Origin: Craspedostauros australis
Taxonomy: Eukaryota
DNA: 52,204 nucleotides
NCBI GenBank assembly: GCA_030167865.1
Contig: JALAGF010000169.1
Span: forward strand, 1-52,204
Direction of reading: 5' to 3'
Below, piece by piece: positions 14,026-25,500 of this stretch; the first letter of the stretch is position 1, and every line of letters starts with the position of its first letter. The position numbers and the translations under genes were made by a program. The notes under the pieces were generated by a model. It made no database searches, had not been told where the DNA came from, and saw nothing but the letters and a program-made list of their open reading frames with translations.

Positions 14026-14928
14026 CACCAATGCGAACAAGAGAGCCCGATCGCGATGTTACGATCCCCACTGTTTCTGTCTTGAGTATTCGTGTGCACA
14101 ATGTCGAATGCGTACGAGCTAGTGGACTCGTAAGCTGAGACTAATGGAGCAAAATAGAATCATAGAGTGGAGTAGGTCGTATAATAGCTTTGAGCAAGCG
14201 GAGCACTCCAACACCAACACAAACGCAAACCAACCAAAGAACAGCAGAAGCCGTTGCGCTCATCGTGGGTGGGCGCACAAAGAACAACAGAGACAATCAT
14301 CATGTTTCGCCGCCGCGCACTTCGTCGCGAAACCTCCACGATGTGTTGATGGTTTTGCTCAATCGAGTTGGTTCGTGAATGCCTGATACACGATTGGAAA
14401 CGAATGATGGTGTCATTTGATTGTACTCATGTCCGTATATAATAATTGTGCTTGTTTTCCAACTCAACTGACCAATGCGAATCCAATTACCGGAGTGGAG
14501 GGAGATACCAAAGGCTACACCATAAGTATAGTGGCAGAACAACAATCACAAACTTAAAACTCCGCTGGTCGCTCTTTCACAACTCAGCTGGACAACGCGT
14601 ACAGAGTATGCTTCGAATCTTCTCTTGAAATTCCAAATCGACGATGCATGACACCGTCGTCTCTCAAAGTGTGTCAAGTGCAAGAATAGTATGGGATACA
14701 TGGAATATTTATGATGCACGGATGCAGAAAGAGTGGCGTGCGATTGACCTTGCTTTCCTCACAATCTTCTTGGAGCTCGGCACACTCGACAGATCATCAC
14801 TGATGCCCCATGTTGTGGTGTGATGTGCCATGCGGAAGCACCATCCAACCAACCGACCAACCATCTGTCCATCCGTCCACCCATCAATGCAGGTCACACG
14901 AACAAGTAACAAGAACAATCCCAACCTC

Positions 14929-16306
14929 TCATGGTCCGAGCACGTTGTCCGACAGTCTGGGAGTTCTGCGTGCTGGCGGCGGTGGTGGGAGAGCGAGGAA
15001 AAGGTCGCGTTTGCGCTTCTTAATTTCTTCCTCGCTGATCACGCCTTCGAACTCCTTGAGGAGATCGAGGTTCTCCCGAACCTCCTTCAGCAAAAGGCGT
15101 CTATTCTCATCCTCGTCTGCGCCGCCCACAATCGCTGCGATGTCGGACTCGTTCACATCGTGGTGGGACTGGGGTTGAGGCTGCTGTGGTTGCGGTTGTG
15201 GCGATTGCGTTGATGGCAAAGGGCTGGAGATAGCACCGGGGTGTGTGGGGGGAGCCGGCGATGGCATGGGCGCACCTATTGGAGTGCCAGGCATGTTCAT
15301 GCCACCCTGCATGTTGGGAGTGGGAGGCATAGCGCTTGGTGCTCCGTTGAGAGGTTGGACGTAGTTCGACATGGTGATGTAGTACGGGTTGGCCTGTCTG
15401 GCTGGCTTCTCGGCGGGAACCACGATGTCCTTCGCTAGCGTTGGAGGCGGGAAGCTCGGATCGAGCTGTCCGTTGCGGTAGTACAGACGGTAGCACATGA
15501 TGATGTTGCTGTGCGAACTGTACATTGAGTATTGTCCGATGGATGCACATGTTGGGGAATGGGAATGAGATAATAGCAAGCAAGCAAGCAAACAAGCCAG
15601 GAAGGAAGCAGGTGGTGCAATGAATCGTGGCCGTATTGTGAGTGCCAATGTTTTTGCTGTGTTGTACCATTTGGGATGTGGATATGAGAGCTGCAGAGTG
15701 TTACAATTGCAGGTGCGGGCGAAGGCGATGCGCACTGCAAGTATGTCGAGTATGCCAAAGCATGTGTGCGTGGCCACCAGACTCGTGCCTTCTTTCAACG
15801 CCAATCGTCCATGCGGAAAGACGAGGACATGCCTCCGATGCTTGATCGGGATTGACTTACTGTTCCCAATTGAGTGGGCAAGGAGTTTTCTTCCGCCCGG
15901 TCAAGTTTTCGTACTGCGTCTGCACGAAGGCATCGCACACCTGCTTGTGCGTACAAGTGCCATCATCGTAGAGCGGACGGATCTTCTCAGCAAGCTTTTG
16001 GAGCTCCTTCTCGATGCTCTTGACCCGCTTCCATGCGACTTCCGCGTTCATGGTTTCCATGCTGGTTCCCGTGCGCCACATGATTTCCTGCTTGTGACGC
16101 GGAGGGATGAAATCAATTTGCGCAATCAAGGCCATGCATTGATCGAAGAAGGCAAGCTTGCGCTGGAAGGGGCGAAGGGATTTGAGCTTCTCAGACAGGC
16201 ATCTGAAGGCCTCGTAGAGAATGATCGTCTGCAAGCTACGTCTCATGCAGGCCTCGTACCCACGATCGCCGATGGTCTCCTTCAATCTGGTGAAGAACGT
16301 TGCCAT
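14929..16306 (-). CDS. Uncharacterised protein, ~344 aa, with a Pro/Gln-rich linker and SHOCT-like C-terminal helix pair. Exons 16306-15861 and 15517-14929; possible 5'UTR intron 16875-16365.
   Basis: A phase-2 intron GTAAGT..CAG (15860-15518) joins ...PLNWE-H-SHSNIIMCYRLYY. The tail LDLLKEFEGVISEEEIKKRKRDLF resembles SHOCT. Confidence 0.72.
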
Positions 16307-17650
16307 CTTGGTGCTTGTCTCTTTGCACTCTAGAGTCGCTCGTAATCCAGCGTACGAGTATGGCCTGGAATGCTCTATGAGAATTGTATGGCAGAGGCAC
16401 TTGTCTCTGCTTGTAGAGCATAGAATGGAATTTGAGAATAGGAGAGGAGCACAATGGTGCATGTGTTCGTCGAAGCATGGTTGCATGTGCATGGCGCCAG
16501 TATGGAGTGACATCGTACATTGCGAAAGGGAAAACAGACAGACGTAGATGCGACAGGGTTGGCAGCAGTGGGGTCAGCGAGCATGCTAATGAAGAGCACC
16601 ACCAGCAACACGACCGTCGTAGGAAACAGACAGTGTTTCCCTCCAGCCTCACGATCCACCATGCACATGGCCATGGCCATGGTCATGGGCATGATCAGCT
16701 CTGAAGCTCGTCTTGCCGAAGCAGGTCGTCATCCTTTGCCAACCGCCGGCCATCGCCGCTGCCGTCGCCGCCGCCATTGTCGATCGTCCGTCATCATTGT
16801 ACATCCAACTTCCACGCTTCCACGCTTCCACACTCGCGCGCTGGGACAATCAATCAACCACCAACACTGCCTTACCTCCTCTTTCTTCCAACCTTCGCGA
16901 TACAGACACCCCTCTCTCTCACTCTCTCTCTACCTCTCTTTGTCTCTTTGTTCTGATGAATGTGATCACCAATTGTAATGGAAAAGAAACAAAAACCCAA
17001 AAGGTATGACAAAAGGATGACTTTCCGAAGCCACAAAACCACTTTTGCCCGCGAAAATCGCTGCTGCAAACGAGAAATGCGTTGAATTCCAACTTCTGAC
17101 GACCTTCGCGCTCCTTCCACGACTCTCGATTCGTTCGACCCATGCCTTTCTTCCAGATGCCGCGCTGGTCGACTCAACAGACCATACCAACGTCCAAAAA
17201 CCTGATCCTGTCACAACGGAGCTAAATAATTCAAATGTTGGATGACAACGCAACGACCAGAATCAAAACCGCAATCACGGCAACCACACCAACGACCATT
17301 CACCCCTGTTTCGTCCTTCCTTGTCCTGCGTCTGCCGATTGGTGTGTGGATTCTCTCTGTCCAATTTGTCAACGGCGACCAACAACGCCTTGTGGAGAGA
17401 CGAAGGAAGAATGAATGCCAAGAGGGATGAAGGTTGAAGGAGCCTCGACTTTCCCACAATCATTCCGTCTGCTCTGTTGCATAAAAGCATCCAACACATC
17501 GGGGTCTGCATCATTATCGTCGTCGTCGTCGTCACGATCATCACCATCACCACCACCAAGCAGAGTTGATTTTCTTCCACAAAGACAGGCCAAAAGAACG
17601 GCAGGAAGCAAGGAGCAAGGACAGAACACACGGAAGAACATCGAGAAACC

Positions 17651-20600
17651 ATGGTGGCTGGCCTCGCAACACAGGCGTCCGAACTGTGCGAACTCACACG
17701 ATCAATCCACACATTCGGGAGCATTGTTGGGAACACCTCCAATCAGGATGGGAACGAAGGTGAGCAAGAACGAGACGGACTCCGACATGATGGCATACAC
17801 CCAACAAGGACTCACAGAAGCAAAGTGCAGGAAAGCGCGTTGCATCCATGTGTGATGCTGATCTCGCACTTGCTTCATTTTTGAAGACGAACATTCCGCA
17901 TCAAGAGGAAACAGCGTCCAATTCCAGGAAGACAGTTTTGTTCCTTCTTGGATCGCGCGGCGTGGTGTTGGTGCATACCGCACGCGCTTGGTTCTTGTTT
18001 TTCTTCCTGGCGCACATTCATGGCTTTCCGCCAGTTGTTGGCAGTCGTCGCACCTTCTGGAAGGTGTTCCATTTGTACCTGCACGGCTGGAAGGTCTGGT
18101 GCTCGTACCACAAAATGTGGGCAAAGGAAGCCTCTCACCTATTCTCCGCATCTCCAACCTCGCCTTGGTGAATTGTGGCAATCGTATTCGTACGACTGAC
18201 AAACTGCTATTATCATGCGCAAACGCGTGCCCACATGTTCACCAACACTACGTGCTCAACCATCTGACACCTTTTCCTCATGGGTTGAACATGCAACTGA
18301 AAATCAACTGCTCGCAACATTCTTCGTTCGCCACAACTGTGCACATCGTGACAACTCGCTCTTTGGCGTGCCATTGAACATCGTACTCGTAACACTGCAA
18401 CAACCCCTCCAACATACCTTCCTCTCACAACTCAGCAACTTCACAATTCGCCACGCTGAATGCAGGTGAACGCATCAGCTTCATGAAAGAGCAGGAATGC
18501 GGCATTCGGGAACTTCAGAAGCAACTTGTCCAATCGCTCTCGCCCCATGGCAACGAGGGTATCGATACCAATCGTATGAACCAACTGTCCAGCCTGTGCT
18601 CACAAATTCAGGATCGCAACCAGCAGCAGATCCGCGACCTTTCAATCTTGGTGAATACATTTGCAACGCTATCGTCTGGTCAAAATCAGCAGGCGTCCAA
18701 CCCCGCCAATCACAACGGAAAATCAATGTTGACACCAAAGGCAGTATCAGCGGCAGCAGCAGCCACCAAATCTGCCATCATTTCAGAACCAACGCACACA
18801 ATGCGGAAGCAATGGAACGCGACCTATCCATTGGAGAGCGTCAAGGAGATCGAGACGGAGAGCGATGATTCGTCAATGAAGGAAAACAACATGAAGTCGA
18901 TGTTCTCTCCATCCAATCGTGCTCGCACCGATCAGCGACGAGGACAGCGGACTCCAGCGACCCCCATCATGGACAGTTTTTCATCGTCCAGGTACGTCCT
19001 TCACCTTTGCGGCAGGTCGTATCTACGAACGTTGTGCTTCTCATCCTTCTTCAATTGTACCAGCAGGCCTGCGTGGTCGGCCATCTTCTGTGTCATCTCA
19101 GCAATCCCAGCACCTTGACTCACCACCTTCATGTTTGCATTCATTAATTGTACCACGCATGGGCGTACATACACGCACATTCACAAACACGAACGTTCCA
19201 CCTCCTCTTTCCTCTTTCCACTTCAGCTCCTTCATGACCTCGCCCCGCGATGTGAACAAGAGCAATCATCAATCAACCACGCCCATGTCGAGATCACGAT
19301 CTGCCTCCGTATCGTCAGAATCGCACAGCAGAGGAATGGACGGCCCTCACATGGAGCAAGAAGCTCGTGCACCGCCATCACATGACTATCAAACGCACAT
19401 GGCCGCTTTCCGTGACGATGACGACATGATCACCCTTGATACCATGTCGACAGCAAACATCTTGTCACGGTCCTACGCGCAAGCACCTCAAGCTTTCTCA
19501 CGGAGCCAAGCTTATTCTAAACATCATCAGCACCACCACCACCAGCACCAACATCAACAATCGGCATCATTCCGGAATGGCAGTCGTGCAACACCTCGTT
19601 CTAGTGACGACGTGACGGGGAGACATCGTGGCGCACCACCCGCGTACTTCAACGCATCGGGGGAAGAAAAGAAGGAGGAGCCTCAGGATCAATCCAACTC
19701 ACACACCATCGCACGCACTGATACGAGCGATGAATCAATCGATGACGACTCCACCAACGTGGTTGCGACAATCCTCGCATCAGACCGAAGTGAATCGAAC
19801 GATAGACACTTTCATATGTTCCGACCGATCCAAGGTGCACGACCCTCCAACCCAGTCGCCCTGGAACTGGAAAAGAGTGACCCGCACTCTTCGTCGCGAC
19901 CGACCCAGATCTTTGTCGATACTGCCGCGACTTCGCCTGATCAAACCAATCTCACCATGGACGCCACTGCAATGCAAGAGGGGCTCCTGTCGTTCAGCCT
20001 CGCCGATGATGCCGTGGAGGACGACATGACAACGGCCACACCCATCCTCGACCGGTACAGACTGGATGCGGACGATTGCACCATCGGTGTCAAGGTGGTC
20101 CCCAACAAGCGCGGGTCCAGTCAGATTCACCGTCGTAGCCGCCACACGTCGACATCAGCGTACGAACCGAGGCCATCCGATGAGGATCGTCGCATGTTCC
20201 AGACTCCGCACGCCACCAAGTCCCGCAACAGCCTGCAAAGGGACTACGCGACGCCTTACACGGAGCAAGTGCGACGCACCCAATCGTTGCTGCGGAACAG
20301 CACCGGCATGACGCCTCACAGTCTACCAACTACGCTCCCAGGGTCTGTGAGCTTGAGAAAGAAGAAACCCTTCCGCACAACTCCGCACCCAAAGAAGTAC
20401 GGCGGCTACGTGAACGACGACAGTAGCAGCGTGGACGCGGAAAACATCAATCCCAACGAATCGATGGACCATGACGCGTACCTGTACAATTCTGAGAGCG
20501 TGTTGATGTCGCCAATCCAACCGGTCCCCAGCAAGTCTCACGGTCCGAATCACATCGATTTCGGCCCAGCGCCCAAGAGGAGCGAGAAGGCCGTGAGGTC

Positions 20601-21051
20601 GTCGAAGTCATCGATGGGACGCCGGCTGCTCTCGCCGAGATCCATCGGAAAGGGTGCATTCCGCAAGGTGCAGATCTGTGGCGCTAATGCCAACGGCGAC
20701 GCCAGCGGCAACGGCAACACAAGCACCCAGAGCGGCAAGAGCGAATCGACGGATGTGCATCTGCGGAACATCACGCAGAAAGAGTACGACGCGGCTCCTG
20801 GAGTTGTGCGCAGCCAGGTTCAGCTGCAGGATGCCCATGATGCTGTTGGCGTACTGATGGACGGAATTCGGTCAGGCCGCCTGGGATCGACCATGCACGA
20901 GATCGAGGCGTATTCCATGCTTCAGACCATGTTCCATGACGACCGGAAGATCAAGAGTGTGCTCATGAGTCTTTGCCACTGGCGCCGGTTGCTGATGCAT
21001 CACAATCGCGACGATGGGATCGTATTCGAAGTGAACATGGCACGCGCCTGA
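17651..21051 (+). CDS. Putative Ska-complex (spindle and kinetochore-associated) subunit, Ska3/Ska1-like, ~829 aa. Exons 17651-17759, 18436-18991, 19227-21051.
   Basis: Introns GTGAGC..CAG (17760-18435, phase 1) and GTACGT..CAG (18992-19226, phase 2) join three ORFs in frame. N-terminal helical region, long S/TP-rich disordered middle, and a C-terminal domain ITQKEYDAAPGVVRSQVQL...VLMSLCHWRRL resembling the Ska winged-helix motif. Confidence 0.6.
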
Positions 21052-22416
21052 ATTTCGGCATGGCGGGGAATCGACTTGGGGTGCGCGCTGCCAACACATG
21101 ACATGTGAGCAAGCGAAAAAAGGTGCGCCACAGATCAATCACATGGCAGTGTGTTGTCCTGACATCGAATTGTCTTGGCGTTTCTGCGTCTCTGTGTCGG
21201 TATGATACGCATTCAAATGGAGGATGGAATCGAAACGGAAGGTAGAGAGAGATATAGTCGTGTCAACACCAATAGATCCGTGCTCGTACTCGTGCTTGGA
21301 ATAGTAAATAGATGAGTTTCGTCCTCAGATTTGAAACCAGCAAGCTCCAGACACGCAGAGCATTGGTTTGTCTCCGGATGTGACCAGACGTTTCAAACTG
21401 TTTCCTGTCAGCCGAAGGACACGGAAGAATCCAAACCTTCCTCCTCAATTGGCAAAAGGATCAAGAATGTCAGGACGTAGCACAGATTCTGTGTGCAACA
21501 TGCGCAGTGAGGCCTTCACAAGAGTGCCATGGATTGGAGGGCATCAGATGCTCCTTGCAACGCCCGGAGCAAGTCGAAGTTGAGAGGATGCCATAGTGCC
21601 ACACATATTCGTACGCTTACAGATGCTACTACTATACTCGAAAACCACGGTATCAACGCTGCGTGTGATGCAAAGGGTGTCGACAAAGCGCGCTATGTCC
21701 CGGCCATTGCTCAACAAAAGTAGCCACCTGCCGACCTTCCGCCAAGTCGGTCTTGGCTGATGCTTCGTTGTTGTCATGTCGGCGGGAGTGTGGTTGCGCT
21801 AGATGGCGTTGACAACCGCACAGAGGAAAACGACTGAAAGTTTGGGAGGACAATTTTGTCCTTGCTATGGATCATCCTCATTGGATGACACGTCCAAAAA
21901 ATGAGTGAACGATAGTCACATGGCCGAAATGATGTACTCGTGTGTGTAATTGTTGATTCATTCATGTTAACCGCCGTAACGGACAATTGATCTTACTTTG
22001 GGTCCCGTGGCATGCGAACGAGTGTCTCATGCACATCAGCATTTGTTGAGCCGCCAAGACCAACGGCAACAGATTTTGCTCTCTTGCGCAAGAGGGCTAC
22101 CGCACACACACAAGAGTGCGGGAATGCGTGGGCGGAGATGAACAAGAGCAGAGTTCGCCTGCTTCAGCTGCGAGTGAAGAGCAGCATCGAGAGGTTGGTG
22201 CAAATCATGTTCCCTTGTGCAACGTCGCAAGTTGTCTCATTGCAACAGACCATTGTCCACAACCAAGAAGGTCCACAGAGGACGGGCGTCGAGAAACACC
22301 ACGCTACTATCCTCGTACGCCAAGACGACGGCAAGAAGGAACGAGGCCAAGCGAAGGAGCGCGAACGGCAGGTCGGAGGGAATTAGCCGGCGACAGCAGA
22401 GAAGCGTTCGGTCAGG

Positions 22417-22460
22417 CAGTTGATCAGACAGTTGATCAGACAGTTGATCAGGCAGTTGAC
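22417..22460. repeat. 12-bp tandem repeat (CAGTTGATCAGA)x~3.5
   Basis: Read directly; ends about 55 bp before the ATG of the 1705-aa gene. Confidence 0.93.
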
Positions 22461-22515
22461 GCCTTGACAGCCACAAACCCACGAAACCGCAGAGCCCCGC
22501 AGTCGGCGCTGCAAG

Positions 22516-25500
22516 ATGTCGCACCTGAGCGGAAGCCGCAGCTGGTTCGAGGGGACCATGGAGGTGATCTCGGGCATCACGCCGCGTCCCAGCACGCCCC
22601 AACCGCACAGCAGCGGCAACGCCTCCATGCACGGCGGACGCAGCATGTCAGCGCCCAACTCGCCCGCTCGCCCTGGGTTCCTGCCGTCCTCCATCAACCG
22701 ATTGCCATCGCAGGATTCGCTGGATCGCTCCATCCACAACGAATCGGGCCATGGCAAGTCCACCGCGCAGATCATCCGCGATCTCAAGCACTCCAACTCT
22801 GCGCTGTCTGCCAAGTCCGCATCCATGGAGGCCAGGTTCATGAACCAGATGGCGGAGGCCACCAGGGAATTCCAGGCGGAGCAGAAGAAGCTGGAGGACG
22901 CCAACAAGCTCAAGGACAAGCAGCTGTCGCAGTTCGAGGTCTACAAGACCAAGACGCAGGAGCAGCTCAAGGAGCGCGATGGCCAGCTCTCCAAGATGAA
23001 GGAGGAGTCAGCCTTCCAGAGGCACACCATCTCCGACCTCAAGTCGCAGCTCTACCAGCTCCAGTCGGAGATGGAGGAGCAGGACAAGGCGAGGGAGGAG
23101 GAGTACCAGCAGGTGGTGCTGGACAACAAGGACATGCTGCGCGAGATCAAGGCTCTGCAGCAGCAGCTTCGAGAAAAGCAGCTTCAGGAACAGCAGCAAC
23201 AACAACAACAACAGCTTCAGGAACAGCAACAGCAACAACAACAGCAATCAAGAGATCTGGGCAAACCACCGCAGCAGGGATCGCACTCGCCGGATAAGAC
23301 CGAGTCCACGGGGCAGATCACGGCGAACAACTCCATCGATTCGGAGGACTCCACGCTCTCCAAGCAGCACGAGGTTTTGCAGCAGCTCGAGCAGACGCAG
23401 GGCGAGCTGGAGGACCATCGGACGCGCCTCAGCCTGGCGCAGGAGAATCTCAGGGATCTGCAGACCGAGAAGGAGGAGCTGTCGAACAAGCATCAGGCCC
23501 AGCTCAGCGAGATGGAGTCGCAGCTCATGAGCCAGTCCAACCACTTCAAGACGCGCGAGTCCACCCTCCTCGAGCAGCTGCAGGGATTCGACACCACCAA
23601 CGAAGACCTTCTGGAAATGCGCAACCAGGTGGACGACAAGGACGAGGAGATCGCCACGCTGCGCCAGGATCTCCGCAAGTTGGCGGACCACGCGGCCGAC
23701 CTGCAGGACGAGCTCGACAAGCTCCGTCAGGATGCCACCAACCAGGAGCAGTACCGTCGCGACGAGGTGGAAGATCTGCGCGTGCTGCACGATGCGCAGG
23801 AGGTCGAGATTGACCAGATGCGAAAGAAGCTCGAGGATGCCGACCAGGAATTGGAGATCAGGGAGCAGGAGCTCGATGACAGGGATCGTCAGCTGCTCGA
23901 CCTGCCAAAAATCAAGGAGGCCAAGGAGCACCTGGCCGCCAAGGTTGCCGATTTGGAAGCCGAGATCAAAGAAAAGAACCGAGAGCTGGAGGAGCTGCAG
24001 GAGGAGAAGAACCATCGCTTGACTTCGTCATCGTCATCAACGGCGGCATCAACACGCAGCGGCAACGGTAACAGTAACGACGACGGCGATGAGGTGATCG
24101 CCAGCCGCAGTTTGGATGCGTCCGACGGTGACAACAATGCATTTCGGGATACCGATGATTCTAACAGCCTCGTGTCCAAGCTCGAGCAGGAGCTGCAAAA
24201 CACCAAGGACGAGCACGTCGAGACCTTGGAGGCTCTTGAGGTCGCCTTGAATGGACTTCGCCTGCAGAAGAGAGATCTGGAGGAGGATTGTGAGAAGTTC
24301 CAGATGGAACGAGATGAGGCCGTCGCCACCCTGGAGAAGGAGCTCGCCAACATGGAACAAGCGAGGCGCGAGCAGGAACAAGCCATGGCGGAAGTGGAGG
24401 AGCTTAGGGAGCAGCTCAACGGACTGAAGGGCACTTCGGAAATCGCGGAGCAAATGAAGAATCAGCTTGTCGAGTCGGATACAGCGTGGAAGGCGATGGA
24501 GACTGACGTCCAGAAGCTGCAGGCGGAACTCGACGCCAAATCGGGCATCGAGATCGAGCTGCATGAATTCAAGGCACGCAACATGGACCTGCACAAGCAG
24601 ATGGAGGTATCCAAAACAACTCTGTCTGACTTGGAGGCCAAATCCGCTTTGCAGTACGAAAACGAAATCGAAAAGCTCAAGGATACCATCTGCGATATGG
24701 AGGTCGCCGCCAACAAGCTGAAGAAGCAACTGCGCGAGGCGCAGATTGCTCTGGTTGCAGTGGACGAAGAGAAATTGAAGATCAAATCTTCCAGCTCGGA
24801 ATCGATCGCGATCATGGAGAGGCAAAAGCGTGACCTCGAGCAACAGCTGCAGCTTGTGAGGAAGGAGAGGGACACGATGAAGTCCGAGTTCGACATAAAG
24901 AGGGCCGCCCTCATGAAGCAACTCAACGACCAGCAGGCCAGTGCCAACCGCCAAGCGCAGGACGCGAAGAAGGTTGACAAGCTCATCGAAGAGACCGTCG
25001 AACGTCTCAAGGCCGAGAACGACTTGAAGCTCCGCGTCATGAAGGATAAGCTGAAGGACAGGGAGACGACCATCTCCGCTCTCGTGAAATCATCGTTGCC
25101 TCTCGAAGACAAGATTGTCGACCTCGAATCCCAAGTCGAGACGTTGAAGCATAACGAACAGATCAAGCGTGACGAAACAAACGTGGCGAAACAGAAGGCA
25201 GCTCGCATGGCGGAAGATGTCGTCACTGTCAAGCGGCAGCTAGACGCCGCAAAGGCCGATGCTGGTCGCTGGAAGCGAGCCGTCCGTGAGGACAGCTCCT
25301 CCTCAACCCGGGACTACCGATACCGAATCGCCAAGCTCGAGAAGGACATCTACGACAGCACCGAGAAGTTGTCGGAACGAGACAGCGCCATCGATAACCT
25401 CGTGAACCAATCCATGTCGCAAGACGGCCAGATCAAGACGCTCAAGTCCAAGGTGCAAAAACTGCAAAAGGAAGTCGAGATCCATCGGTCAGCTGTTGCT

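Noticed and set aside
22116-23297. 393-aa ORF overlapping the start of the coiled-coil gene
   Set aside because: Alternative-frame read-through of a GC-rich CDS.
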